A stretch of DNA of 57,233 bases from an uncultured Rhodobiaceae bacterium (lineage in GTDB: Bacteria; Pseudomonadota; Alphaproteobacteria; RS24). The stretch is taken from positions 1 to 57,233 of the forward strand of contig CAJXCG010000001.1 in assembly GCA_913051715.1 (NCBI GenBank), in the 5' to 3' direction. The notes under the pieces are model-generated. The model did no database searches. It saw nothing but the letters and a program-made list of their open reading frames with translations, and was not told the origin of the DNA. The stretch's first letter is position 1. Each line of letters opens with the position of its first letter. This document shows positions 20,935 to 30,742 of the stretch, in pieces. The position numbers and the translations under genes were made by a program.

Positions 20935-22412
20935 GCCGAGCGTGCCCCTGCCGCTGTGCCGTTGAGCGCGGCAATCAGACCCGAGGCTTTGTCGAGGGTT
21001 TCGTTATATTCGGCATCGGCTTGGCTGTCGGCGACAATGCCGCCCCCGGCGTGGAAATATATATCGCGGCCCCGAATAACGGCGCTGCGGATCAAAATAT
21101 TCGTGTCCATGCAGCCGTCAAAGCCGACATAGCCCATAGCGCCGCAATAGGGCCCGCGCGCATGCGGTTCCAATTCGGCGATGACGCCCATGGCCTGAAT
21201 TTTGGGCGCGCCGGTTATCGAGCCGCCGGGAAAACTGTCGCGCAAAGCTTCAAGCGGCGTGGCGTCGGCGCGCAAGGTTCCGCGAATGGTGGAAACCAGA
21301 TGGTGCACATTTGAAAATTTTTCCAACACGCAAAGCTGCGGCACGTCTATCGATCCGTCGCGGCAGCTTTTGGCAAGGTCGTTGCGCAACAGATCGACAA
21401 TCATCGTGTTTTCTGCCCGGTCTTTGCCGCTCGCCAGCAAATCGGCGGCAATCTCGGCGTCCAAGGCGGGTGTGGCTCCGCGCGGGCGCGTGCCCTTAAT
21501 GGGGCGCGTTTCGATGGCCCCCGCGGCGCATTTCAAAAACCTCTCGGGCGAAGCCGAGGCCAGCGACCAGTTTTCATAAACCGCAAAAGCCGAAAATGGC
21601 GCGGGACTTAACTGGCGCAAGCGCTGATAATAGCCAAAGCCTGTGTCGGTGAGGTCAAGGCGCGCGTGAAAGCGTTGGGCGATATTGGCTTGGAAAATTT
21701 CACCGTCCAAAATCCGACCAACTACTTGCGCGACGGTTTGCTTAAAATCATCGGCGGCAAAATTACTGCTCGGCGCGTGTGCCGGTGCGGGTGCGGGTGC
21801 ATTGGCGTGCAATCTCGAAATATTCGCATTGGTGGCGGGCTTGTCGAGGTCATTGCGCCATCGGGCAATTTCGTTCTCGGCATTGCGGCGGCGCGCGGCA
21901 GGCTCAGTTTCGGGCAGTCCCGTTGCGATAATAAAGGCACGGCGCGCGCGCATGTCAAAGGCCAGAACTGTTGCATAAAGCCCCAGCGTCAAGCCCGGCA
22001 GCCCGAGATCGTCTTGGGCTTTGTGGGTGATATTTGCAGGAACCGGATGCAGGCCGCGCGCCAGTTCATAGCCGAAAAAACCGGCCAGTCCACCGCGAAA
22101 GGCCGGAAGCTGGGCGTCAATGTGAGGCGGCAGCTTGAGCCAAATGTCTGCCGCGGCGCGCAAGGCTGCATCCGCCACCGCGAAATGATGATGCGCCTGC
22201 TCGGGCGGGCCGGAAATAATCTGATAGGGGCGCAAGGCAATATAGCTGGCGTTTGATGCTGCGTGCGCGTCATGGCTCGAATCGAGCCACAGGGCGTGCG
22301 GCGTATCGGCGTGCGGCGCGAACACCTCCTCGGGGGACACCCAAGCAATTTCTGCAATCAGTCCACCGGCGGCGTCGGCATAAAACATTAATTCTGCGTC
22401 GCGGTCAGCCAT
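20931..22412 (-). CDS. pabB: aminodeoxychorismate synthase component I
   Basis: 493-aa chorismate-binding enzyme (PIKGTRPRG, SFPGGSITGAPK, RGPYCGAMGY). Its 4-nt overlap with pabA supports the PabB assignment over TrpE. Confidence 0.8.
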   Translation of the reverse strand: MADRDAELMFYADAAGGLIAEIAWVSPEEVFAPHADTPHALWLDSSHDAHAASNASYIALRPYQIISGPPEQAHHHFAVADAALRAAADIWLKLPPHIDAQLPAFRGGLAGFFGYELARGLHPVPANITHKAQDDLGLPGLTLGLYATVLAFDMRARRAFIIATGLPETEPAARRRNAENEIARWRNDLDKPATNANISRLHANAPAPAPAHAPSSNFAADDFKQTVAQVVGRILDGEIFQANIAQRFHARLDLTDTGFGYYQRLRQLSPAPFSAFAVYENWSLASASPERFLKCAAGAIETRPIKGTRPRGATPALDAEIAADLLASGKDRAENTMIVDLLRNDLAKSCRDGSIDVPQLCVLEKFSNVHHLVSTIRGTLRADATPLEALRDSFPGGSITGAPKIQAMGVIAELEPHARGPYCGAMGYVGFDGCMDTNILIRSAVIRGRDIYFHAGGGIVADSQADAEYNETLDKASGLIAALNGTAAGARSA

Positions 22413-22838
22413 TCAACTATCCGTTGCGCGTCGTGGCACCGGATACCAATCCGGCGCGGCATATTCTGTCTCGGACTGCCCCGTTGCGGGGCCGGTGATC
22501 GCGATCAACGACCAGCGCCCCAGTGTTTCGCATGTGTGCCAAACGCCGATGTCGACAGCGACCGTGTCATCGCCATTGTTGAGATGAAAGGCTTGCGCGT
22601 CATGGCCGTCCGCAGACACGCTCAGCGCCAGCGCCGCGCCGGCAACCCATGTCCATGTGGTGGCTGCGTTCTGGCGCTGCCATGCGAGCAAATCGCCCGC
22701 GCCCAGCAAAACAAGGCGCTGACCCGCGGTTTCGGAATTTTCAAAATGCCCGTCGCCATGTTGGTGCAGGCGTAATTTTGCGGCGACATCGGCGAGCGCC
22801 ATATCGGGGGCAATGTCGTCCCATGTCTGCGCTGGCAT
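22413..22838 (-). CDS. cupin-fold protein, divergent DUF985-like
   Basis: 141-aa ORF. The pattern LRLHQHGDGHFE...LVLLGAGDLLAWQR...VWHTCE...IAITGP loosely matches the DUF985 cupin family. The start shares one nt with the gloB stop (TAATG) and the stop abuts the pabB ATG. Confidence 0.5.
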   Translation of the reverse strand: MPAQTWDDIAPDMALADVAAKLRLHQHGDGHFENSETAGQRLVLLGAGDLLAWQRQNAATTWTWVAGAALALSVSADGHDAQAFHLNNGDDTVAVDIGVWHTCETLGRWSLIAITGPATGQSETEYAAPDWYPVPRRATDS

Positions 22839-23608
22839 TAAAAATTATCCTTGCGCGCGCGAATTTCGGCAAACACATCGACATCGGCTGCTTGCGCCAT
22901 GCCGAGCTGGGCGCGAATGCGCGCATCATGGGGCCGCAAGAACGGGTTTGTCGCGCGTTCCAGACCGATTTGCGTGGGCACGGTCGGCTTGCCCTCGGCG
23001 CGCAGCGCCGTAATGTCGCGCACCCGCGCTTGCAAGGCTTCATTATCGGGGTCGACACTCACGGCAAAGGCCGCATTGGCGGCGGTATATTCATGCGCGC
23101 AATAAACCGTTGTCGCATCCGGCAGCGCGGCGAGCTTTTGCAGACTTTGCCACATTTGCCCCATCGTGCCCTCAAACACCCGCCCGCAGCCCAGCGCAAA
23201 CAGGCTGTCACCGACAAATGCGTTTTGCGTGTCAGGCAGATGATAGGCGATGTGACCCAGCGTATGACCGCCAACATTCAGCACATGAACGTCATGCGCG
23301 CCCAACTGCACCGTGTCGCCGTCATCGACTTTCACATCAATGCCCGGAATACGCTCGGCCTCACCCGCCGGGCCGATGATCTGGCAGCCGGTCTTTTCCT
23401 TGATTTCCAGATTATTGCCAGCGTGGTCAAAATGATGATGCGTGTTCCAAATATGGCTCAGCGTCCAGCCGCGCGCGTCAAGTGTCGATAAAATTGGGCC
23501 GGTTTCGGGTGTGTCGATACACGCTGTCTGGCCGCTTTCATTGTCGTGAACCAGATAGCCGTAATTATCACTCAGACACGCGAATTGAGTAATTTCGATG
23601 GTGGACAT
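22838..23608 (-). CDS. gloB: hydroxyacylglutathione hydrolase (glyoxalase II)
   Basis: 256-aa MBL-fold ORF. It shows FACLSDNYGYLVHD, the THHHFDH metal motif and the C-terminal NPFLR...FAEIRARKDNF typical of GloB. Confidence 0.9.
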   Translation of the reverse strand: MSTIEITQFACLSDNYGYLVHDNESGQTACIDTPETGPILSTLDARGWTLSHIWNTHHHFDHAGNNLEIKEKTGCQIIGPAGEAERIPGIDVKVDDGDTVQLGAHDVHVLNVGGHTLGHIAYHLPDTQNAFVGDSLFALGCGRVFEGTMGQMWQSLQKLAALPDATTVYCAHEYTAANAAFAVSVDPDNEALQARVRDITALRAEGKPTVPTQIGLERATNPFLRPHDARIRAQLGMAQAADVDVFAEIRARKDNF

Positions 23609-23676
23609 GGCGTTCCCCTTATAAATCTTGCGCCCTTGTCTGGCGCATAGCCTTTTGGGAGTATACTGTTCTGGGC

Positions 23677-24429
23677 ATGGCTGTCGACATTCTCGAACTT
23701 GCTGAATTTTATGCGGGCTCCGACGGCGCGCGTGCGCGTGCCCAAATTGTGCAAAAAATACACGCTTTGTGGCCCGACCCGCAGGCCGAACCGGTTTTGG
23801 GGTATGGCTATGTTGTGCCCTATGCCGAGGCTTTGTGGCCGCGTGCCAACTGGCATTTGTGCATGCCCGCCCAGCAGGGCGTTTTGGTGGAAGACCGACC
23901 CGGGGGCGTGCGCTCGGCTCTGGTGGATGAAAGCCTCATGCCGCTGCGCGACGGCGCATTTGGCCGCGTCATCACCATTCACGGGCTGGAGGCGGCAAAT
24001 CACGCCAATGCGCTGCTTGGCGAAATCTGGCGAATTTTGGTGCCCAATGGACGCGCGATTTTTGTTGTACCCAACCGAACCGGCATGTGGGCGCGCCGCG
24101 ACGCGACACCGTTTGGCGCCGGTCGCCCGTTCAGCCGTCGCCAGTTGAGACGCCAGCTCAAACTGGCCGGATTTTCCGTTGTCAGCATGCGCCCCGCCCT
24201 GATGCTGCCGCCGAGTTTGCCGAAATTTCTGGTGCGTCTTCTGGCCCCGGCCGAACGCATCCTTGCCTTGTTGCTGCCGCAAATCGGCGGCGTTTGGGTG
24301 GTCGATATTGTCAAGCAAGTGCCCGCACCCATTCGCGCCAAACGTCGGCAGAATGTCGGCTTGGGTGTGCCCGTGCGACCAGCCTTTTCGCGCGCCTTGC
24401 GCCGCGCGAAAGGCAGCGTGCGGGGTTAA
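23677..24429 (+). CDS. class I SAM-dependent methyltransferase-like protein
   Basis: 250-aa ORF. The central region (ILVPNGRAIFVVPNR) resembles Methyltransf_11-type proteins commonly found divergent from gloB in alphaproteobacteria. The SAM motif I region is degenerate. Confidence 0.6.
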   Translation: MAVDILELAEFYAGSDGARARAQIVQKIHALWPDPQAEPVLGYGYVVPYAEALWPRANWHLCMPAQQGVLVEDRPGGVRSALVDESLMPLRDGAFGRVITIHGLEAANHANALLGEIWRILVPNGRAIFVVPNRTGMWARRDATPFGAGRPFSRRQLRRQLKLAGFSVVSMRPALMLPPSLPKFLVRLLAPAERILALLLPQIGGVWVVDIVKQVPAPIRAKRRQNVGLGVPVRPAFSRALRRAKGSVRG

Positions 24430-25064
24430 TGGCTGAGTTCAAACACCACCAGCTCGGCCATGAGGTTTTGCCGCGCCGACGGGCGCCCTGAGCTGTGATG
24501 CACTTTTCCGTTACTCACCGTGAGGCAGGTTTCCACGCGCAGGGAAAGCGTGTCGCACAGATCAATCAAATCGAGCATGCTGCACAGGTGAATATTGGCC
24601 GTGTCGTACCATTTTGCCGAAAGAGCTTGGGTTTCCGGCATGCGCCCGCGCAAGGCGAGCGCCAGACGGATCCGCCAGTGCCCGAAATTTGGAATCGATA
24701 CGATGAGCTTATTGCCGATGCGCGACATTTCCTGCAACACTTCTTTGGGGCGCTGGGTGGCTTGCAAGGTCTGGCTCAAAATCACCGTGTCAAAACCGCG
24801 ATCAGGGTAGTAAGACAAATCCGTGTCGGCATTGCCTTGCACCACCGCCAAGCCCCGGGCCACACAGGCATTGACCCCCTGCTGGCTTAATTCCAGCCCG
24901 CGCGCATCAACACCGCGTTCGGCAACAAGAAGCTCCATCAATTCGCCATTTCCGCAGCCGATATCGAGCACGCGCGTGCCATGCTCGACAAGGCTGGCAA
25001 TGAGCATGAGGTCAATTCGTTTTTCGGTCAGATTGCCATTGGCATGGGCGCGCGGGTCATTCAT
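24426..25064 (-). CDS. metW: methionine biosynthesis protein MetW
   Basis: 212-aa ORF with [12 protein letters not shown] and the overall MetW pattern. It overlaps the metX stop by 8 nt. Confidence 0.85.
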   Translation of the reverse strand: MNDPRAHANGNLTEKRIDLMLIASLVEHGTRVLDIGCGNGELMELLVAERGVDARGLELSQQGVNACVARGLAVVQGNADTDLSYYPDRGFDTVILSQTLQATQRPKEVLQEMSRIGNKLIVSIPNFGHWRIRLALALRGRMPETQALSAKWYDTANIHLCSMLDLIDLCDTLSLRVETCLTVSNGKVHHSSGRPSARQNLMAELVVFELSH

Positions 25065-26208
25065 GGCGCGCTCCCGAAAGCCCGCGCGCGAGGGCGGCGG
25101 CGTTTAAAAATCCGGTTATCGTCTGGGCCATTTCCGGCTCGTCCAGCAAAAATGCATCATGGCCTTTATCGCTGTCGATCTCGACAAAGCTGACATTGGC
25201 GCCGGCAGCATTAAGCGCGCGCACCAGCGCGATGCTTTCACTGGTGGGAAACAGCCAGTCGCTGGTGAACGAGACAACGCAAAACCGCGCCTTGGTATTG
25301 GCAAAGGCATGCGCCAACGTGCCGCCATGTTCGGCGGCGAGGTCGAAATAATCCATGGCGCGGGTGATGTAGAGATAGCTGTTGGCATCGAAGCGGTCGA
25401 CAAAACTGATCCCCTGATGGCGCAGATAGCTTTCGATCTGGAAATCCGCTTCAAAACCATAGCTCAACTGGTCGCGGTCTTGCAGGTTGCGTCCGAATTT
25501 GCGTTGCAATGCGGCCTCCGACAAATAGGTGATATGCGCCGCCATGCGGGCAACGGCAAGACCTTTGCGCGGCGCGGTATTTTCCGCGGCGTAATTGCCG
25601 CCATGCCAGTCCGGGTCGGCGAGGATCGCCTGACGACCAACTTCGTGAAAGGCGATGTTTTGCGAAGAATGGCGCGCTGACGTTGCGATGGGAATGGCCG
25701 AGAACACCCGCTCGCCATGTGCCGCCGCCCATTGTAATACCTGCATGCCGCCCATCGACCCGCCAATGACGCAAAACAGGTCCGGTATGTCCAGCCGATC
25801 CAGCAGCAGGTTTTGCGCGCGCACCATGTCGCCGATTGTAATGACCGGAAAATCGAGACCATAAGGCGTGCCGTCCGCGCGCAGCGTTGACGGGCCCGTT
25901 GACCCCGCGCAGCCGCCCACGACGTTCTGGCAGATAACGAAATATTTGTCCGTGTCGATAGGCTTGCCCGCACCAACCATATTATCCCACCAGCCGGCGC
26001 GTCCGGTCAGCGGGTTGGCACCGCTCGGGTGATGGTCGCCGGTCAGCGCATGGCAAATCAATATGGCGTTTGACCTGTCGTCATTGAGCTGACCATAGGT
26101 GCGATAGGCGAGCGTCAACGCTTCCAGCACCGACCCGTTATCCAGGGTCAGCTGTGCGTTTTCGAGAACAAGGTGCTCGCCATTGGCCGAATTTTCATGC
26201 CCGGTCAT
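25057..26208 (-). CDS. metX: homoserine O-acetyltransferase
   Basis: Alpha/beta hydrolase with [16 protein letters not shown] and the MetX-typical C-terminus. The ATG at 26208 is preceded by GGGGGA. The longer track start at 26253 has no SD. Confidence 0.9.
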   Translation of the reverse strand: MTGHENSANGEHLVLENAQLTLDNGSVLEALTLAYRTYGQLNDDRSNAILICHALTGDHHPSGANPLTGRAGWWDNMVGAGKPIDTDKYFVICQNVVGGCAGSTGPSTLRADGTPYGLDFPVITIGDMVRAQNLLLDRLDIPDLFCVIGGSMGGMQVLQWAAAHGERVFSAIPIATSARHSSQNIAFHEVGRQAILADPDWHGGNYAAENTAPRKGLAVARMAAHITYLSEAALQRKFGRNLQDRDQLSYGFEADFQIESYLRHQGISFVDRFDANSYLYITRAMDYFDLAAEHGGTLAHAFANTKARFCVVSFTSDWLFPTSESIALVRALNAAGANVSFVEIDSDKGHDAFLLDEPEMAQTITGFLNAAALARGLSGARHE

Positions 26209-26367
26209 ATATCCCCCGACCCGATTGGTAGGCTGATTTAGCATGATCTGCAAATCGCAATAGACCTGCCAAACTTATCGTTTAAATCAATCTTTCCTTT
26301 GATTTACACGCTCTTGCCCCTTAAGACTAGGCGCTATTGAAAAACACCCATAGCTTTCAGGACAGGC

Positions 26368-27141
26368 ATGGACGAAAACGCGACCAAAACCGGATTGGAT
26401 GCAGTTCGGGAGCAAATTGATACGCTGGACGCGCAGCTGCGCGATCTGCTAGTGGCGCGCGCGCGGCTGGTGGAAGATGTGGCGCGCTCGAAGGCGCATG
26501 AGCCGGCAACCACGCCGCTGCGTCCGGCGCGCGAAATACAGCAAATGCAGGCGCTCGTCGACTGGCATGCCAGCCAAAAGCCGCCATTCGGCCTCGCGAG
26601 CCTACTGGCGGTGTGGCGCGAAATCATCGGTGCGGCGCTTGTGCAACAAGGTGGGCTGGACGTGCATGTGTGTGGGCAAACAGCGGCGCTGGCCCGCGAT
26701 CACTTTGGCACGGCGCTGCAATATCATCTGCATGAAAGCGCAGAAGCAGCCGCGCGCGCGTGTGACAATGACCCGCGCGCAGTGGCGGTGGTGCCGCTCG
26801 ACACGCAATTTATGCCGACGGGAGGTGCCGGCGTTTTTGCACGCCTGCCAATTTTGCAGCCCGCGGATCGGGGCCAGGGGGGAGGCGCGCACGCAGGCGG
26901 GCTTTGCTATGGCGCGGTGTCGGTTGAACCACGGGCCGGCATGGTGACGCTGGTGCGCGCGCGCTTGGCGCACGGTGATGCGACCGCCGTCGGCCGCGTG
27001 ATTGCCCGGAATGGGGCCGACACGCTGGTTGAAATCCCCGCACTCTTGCACGCCGACGAGATCGCCGATAAATATGGCCCGTCTGTCGTCTGGCTTGGAA
27101 ATTATGACCTTTTGCATGTTCCCGACGAGCAGGAGGCGTGA
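26368..27141 (+). CDS. chorismate mutase (AroQ-type N-terminal domain) with a C-terminal prephenate-dehydratase-like extension
   Basis: The N-terminus LDAVREQIDTLDAQLRDLLVARARLVEDVARSK is a CM_2 helix. The C-terminal ~160 aa loosely resemble a degenerate PDT domain. Confidence 0.75.
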   Translation: MDENATKTGLDAVREQIDTLDAQLRDLLVARARLVEDVARSKAHEPATTPLRPAREIQQMQALVDWHASQKPPFGLASLLAVWREIIGAALVQQGGLDVHVCGQTAALARDHFGTALQYHLHESAEAAARACDNDPRAVAVVPLDTQFMPTGGAGVFARLPILQPADRGQGGGAHAGGLCYGAVSVEPRAGMVTLVRARLAHGDATAVGRVIARNGADTLVEIPALLHADEIADKYGPSVVWLGNYDLLHVPDEQEA

Positions 27142-27143
27142 GC

Positions 27144-28247
27144 ATGAAACCGGTTCCAAAACAAGGCATACTCGACATGCCGGCTTATGTCGGCGGGCGC
27201 GACGCGGTCAAAGGCGTTGCCGAGCCGTATAAAATGTCGGCCAATGAAAATCCGCTGGGTGCCAGCGCGCACGCATGCGCGGCGCTTGAAAAACCCTTCG
27301 ACCCGTCGATTTATCCCGACGGGCACGCCACCGCCTTACGCATGGGCCTGGCAGAACTGAACGGGCTGAATGCCGACAATATTGTCTGCGGCAACGGGTC
27401 GGACGAAATTTTGCAGTTGCTGGCGCAAGCCTATTTGGGCCCGGGCGATGAGGTGTTGCACACCGAACATGCGTTTTTGATATACAAACTTGCCAGCCGC
27501 GCTACGGGCGCCCAGCCAATCGCCGTGCCAGAAACCGCGTTAACGGCCAATGTCGACACGCTTTTGGCGGCGGTCACGCCGGCCACCCGCATGGTGTTCT
27601 TGGCAAATCCGAATAATCCGACCGGCACCATGTTGGCGCAGGACGATATTGTGCGTCTGCATGCGGGGCTGGGCGGCGACACGATTTTGGTGCTGGATGG
27701 GGCGTATGCCGAATATTGCGACCCGCAAACCTATCCGGCGGGTTTTGACCTTGTCGAGCGGCACGATAATGTCGTGACCACGCGCACATTTTCCAAAGCC
27801 TATGGGCTGGCTGCCTTGCGACTGGGTTGGGGCTATTGCCCGCCGGATATTGCCGCGGTTTTGAACCGTCTGCGCGGGCCGTTCAACATTAATCAACCCG
27901 CTCTGGCGGCGGGTCTTGCTGCGCTTGAGGACCAAGCGCATATCGACACCAGCCGCGCGCATAATACGCAATGGCGCGAATGGCTGGCGCAGCAGCTTGG
28001 TGGCATCGGGTTTAGCGTGCGGTCGTCTTTTGCCAATTTTATTTTGGTCGAGTTTGAAAACGGTGAACAGGCCGCCGCCGCCGAAGCGTTTTTATGCGCG
28101 CGCGGTGTCATCCCACGCGGCCTCACGGCTTATGGTCTACCTCATGCGCTGCGCCTGAGCATTGGTACCGAAGCAGCCAATCGCGCCGCGCTCAGCGCCC
28201 TGACGGATTTTGTCAACCAGACAGATGCCGCGGAGGGGCGCGGATGA
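27144..28247 (+). CDS. hisC: histidinol-phosphate/aromatic aminotransferase (class II PLP)
   Basis: A Y-x-G motif lies near the N-terminus. MSANENPLG, NPNNPTG and RTFSKAYGLAALRLG (Lys in SK) are also present. AGGAGG lies 7 nt upstream of the ATG at 27144. Confidence 0.85.
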   Translation: MKPVPKQGILDMPAYVGGRDAVKGVAEPYKMSANENPLGASAHACAALEKPFDPSIYPDGHATALRMGLAELNGLNADNIVCGNGSDEILQLLAQAYLGPGDEVLHTEHAFLIYKLASRATGAQPIAVPETALTANVDTLLAAVTPATRMVFLANPNNPTGTMLAQDDIVRLHAGLGGDTILVLDGAYAEYCDPQTYPAGFDLVERHDNVVTTRTFSKAYGLAALRLGWGYCPPDIAAVLNRLRGPFNINQPALAAGLAALEDQAHIDTSRAHNTQWREWLAQQLGGIGFSVRSSFANFILVEFENGEQAAAAEAFLCARGVIPRGLTAYGLPHALRLSIGTEAANRAALSALTDFVNQTDAAEGRG

Positions 28248-29170
28248 GCAAGCCGCATATTGCGTTAATCGGGCTGGGGCTCATCGGCTCGTCGCTGGGT
28301 CATGCATTTAAGAAAAATGGCGTCGCTGCTCATATTACCGGTTATGCGCGCTCGCCAGAAACGCGCGCGCGGGCTCGCGAACTGGGCTTTGTCGATGCCG
28401 TTCATGACAGCGCCGCACACGCGGCACACGGCGCCGATGTTGTATTTCTGAACGTGCCGCTCAGCGCCATGACGCCGCTGGCGGTTGAAATAATGCCGGT
28501 GCTGAAAGCGGGCACGGTGCTCACCGATGTCGGTTCGGTCAAACAATGCGTGCTCGATGAAATCTTGCCGCTGTTGAAGGATGAGGTGTATCTCGTTCCC
28601 GGTCATCCGATCGCGGGCACGGAGTTTTCCGGCCCCGATGCCGGTTTTGCCGAATTATTCGAGGGGCGCTGGTGCATTTTGACCCCGCCCGGCGAGACGA
28701 ATTTGCGCGCGGTCGAAACCGTGGCAGGGCTGTGGCGCGATATTGGCAGCGATGTCGAGTTTATGGATGCACGCCACCATGATCTTGTACTGGCGATCAC
28801 CAGCCATTTGCCGCATCTCATCGCTTTTAATATTGTCGGCACGGCAGCCCAGCTCGAAAGCGATACGCGCAGTACGGTTATCAAATATTCCGCCAGTGGT
28901 TTTCGCGATTTCACCCGCATTGCCGCGTCCGACCCGGTCATGTGGCGCGATATTTTTCTGCAAAACAAACAGGCTGTTTTGGAAATGCTGGGGCGTTTCA
29001 ATGAAGACCTTGTCGCCCTACAACGCGCCATTCGCCATGGCGATGCGGATTACTTGCAAAACACGTTCAGTCAGACCCGCGAAATTCGCCAAAGCGTGAT
29101 CGATGCCGGCCAAGATGTCGATGTGCCGAATTTTGGCCGCGACCTGCCCGCCAAACCCGATACAGGCTAA
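28244..29170 (+). CDS. tyrC: prephenate/arogenate (cyclohexadienyl) dehydrogenase
   Basis: IALIGLGLIGSSLG Rossmann motif and the HPIAGTE catalytic motif. The ATG overlaps the hisC stop (ATGA). Confidence 0.85.
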   Translation: MSKPHIALIGLGLIGSSLGHAFKKNGVAAHITGYARSPETRARARELGFVDAVHDSAAHAAHGADVVFLNVPLSAMTPLAVEIMPVLKAGTVLTDVGSVKQCVLDEILPLLKDEVYLVPGHPIAGTEFSGPDAGFAELFEGRWCILTPPGETNLRAVETVAGLWRDIGSDVEFMDARHHDLVLAITSHLPHLIAFNIVGTAAQLESDTRSTVIKYSASGFRDFTRIAASDPVMWRDIFLQNKQAVLEMLGRFNEDLVALQRAIRHGDADYLQNTFSQTREIRQSVIDAGQDVDVPNFGRDLPAKPDTG

Positions 29171-30102
29171 CGCCAGCGCGGAGCCGGGCCGACCTCAAGC
29201 GAGCCGATAAAGCTGCGCGCCTCGCGAAACCGCAACGGCACTTGCAAACGGTCGCGCGATTTTCCTGAAAATGCCGAGGAAAGCTGCGCCAATAACATCA
29301 GTTTTTGGCGGTCGCGTTTGCGGGTGAGGCCCGCATCTTCCAACAATTCAAAAAGCGCAACGAGGTTGACCACATCCATATCCAGCTTGCCGTCGACAAA
29401 CCCGCTGGCAGCGAGTTTCATGCGCCCCGAGCCGCGAAAGGTCAGCGCGTCGCGGGTAATGATAAAATTATCAATGCCGACAAGGTCGCCGGCCGCGGGC
29501 GCATCGGTCAGCCAGCTTTGCGGCGTGTTAATGTCGATCTCGCTGCGCGAAATGCCAAGGCGCGCATCGCCTGTTATACGCCCTGTCCGCAGCGCAATAT
29601 CGGTGCGCGCGGCATTATCGGGTGCGCGGCGTATATGCAGTTTTACATCGTCGCCCGCCAACGCAATATTTTCTTTCGTCGTCATGATTTGAACTTGCGG
29701 CTTGGTGAAGCTGAACGAGGCGCGCGCCAAGCCTTGTGTGTCCAAAACCAGGCTGGCGAGGTTGCCGCTATGGTCGATACGCATTTTTCCAAACGCTGTG
29801 GTGATGCGATGCGGTGATGAAAAATCCACGACGGCATGGTCGGTTTCAAACGGCATGACGGTAAAGCGCAAAGCGGGCACCGACCAAGCGAGGTTTTGCG
29901 TGCGCCAGCCCATCGCGACGAAATCCATGGTCAGGCGGGCAGGAAAGCCAGAGCGCGCCAGACTTTGCCAAGTTATATTTTCTGCTTCGAGACGCGCTTC
30001 AACCTCGTCGCCAGCATAAGACCACAAAGAGAAAAAGCCGACGCCAAGAAAAAACAGCCCGATAAACGGGGCAAACAGCCAAATGCGCGAACGGTTAAAC
30101 AT
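29167..30102 (-). CDS. membrane-anchored hypothetical protein, DUF2125-like
   Basis: 311-aa ORF with one N-terminal TM helix. Size, context after tyrC and general pattern resemble the alphaproteobacterial DUF2125 family. This is recalled, not verified. Confidence 0.45.
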   Translation of the reverse strand: MFNRSRIWLFAPFIGLFFLGVGFFSLWSYAGDEVEARLEAENITWQSLARSGFPARLTMDFVAMGWRTQNLAWSVPALRFTVMPFETDHAVVDFSSPHRITTAFGKMRIDHSGNLASLVLDTQGLARASFSFTKPQVQIMTTKENIALAGDDVKLHIRRAPDNAARTDIALRTGRITGDARLGISRSEIDINTPQSWLTDAPAAGDLVGIDNFIITRDALTFRGSGRMKLAASGFVDGKLDMDVVNLVALFELLEDAGLTRKRDRQKLMLLAQLSSAFSGKSRDRLQVPLRFREARSFIGSLEVGPAPRWR

Positions 30103-30110
30103 ATAATCGG

Positions 30111-30731
30111 TCAGCTAAATACAGGAAGCCCGGTGAGCGACCAAATATAGCGCACATATTCTCCGAGTAGTAAAGCGAAAGTGCCCGAATAGCGCCACCA
30201 CGCATCGAGACGCACATTTTCCAGCACCACCGGATAGGTCGACAGGCGAATGGCCGGCATGGCGCGGCGCATTTCCAAATAAGCACGGGGCACATGGTGG
30301 GCGCTGGTGACGATAATGAGCGAGCGATAGCCGTGGATCTCGGCCCAGAGCGCTGTTTCATGAGCATTTTCACGCGTGTCCTTGGCAATATAGTCAAGAT
30401 CCAAACAGCATGAGACATTGTCGACACCGTCCGGTGCCATGGTCAAAATCGTGTCGAAATTCTGATCCGCATAAACGCCTGAAATCAACAGGCGCTGGCC
30501 TTTGCCGCGCGCCAGCATGTCGAGCCCGGCAGAAATGCGCGCGCTGGCCGTGCCGGTGAAAACAACAATGCCATCGGCCGCGGGCACGTCACCGGCCTCG
30601 GTATCGAGGCTATTGGCAAACAGGCCAAAGAAAAATGCAAAAACCACCAGCGCGCCGCCCAGCATCATCAAAAGCTGGCGGAAAATTTTCCGCGCCAGGT
30701 GTTGTTCGTCATTATCTTCAAATCGCGTCAT
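30111..30731 (-). CDS. YdcF/SanA (DUF218) family protein
   Basis: 206-aa ORF with an N-terminal TM helix followed by IVVFTG...RLLISGV...VTSAHHVPRA, typical of DUF218. Confidence 0.65.
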   Translation of the reverse strand: MTRFEDNDEQHLARKIFRQLLMMLGGALVVFAFFFGLFANSLDTEAGDVPAADGIVVFTGTASARISAGLDMLARGKGQRLLISGVYADQNFDTILTMAPDGVDNVSCCLDLDYIAKDTRENAHETALWAEIHGYRSLIIVTSAHHVPRAYLEMRRAMPAIRLSTYPVVLENVRLDAWWRYSGTFALLLGEYVRYIWSLTGLPVFS

Positions 30732-30742
30732 GAGCTTTCAGC

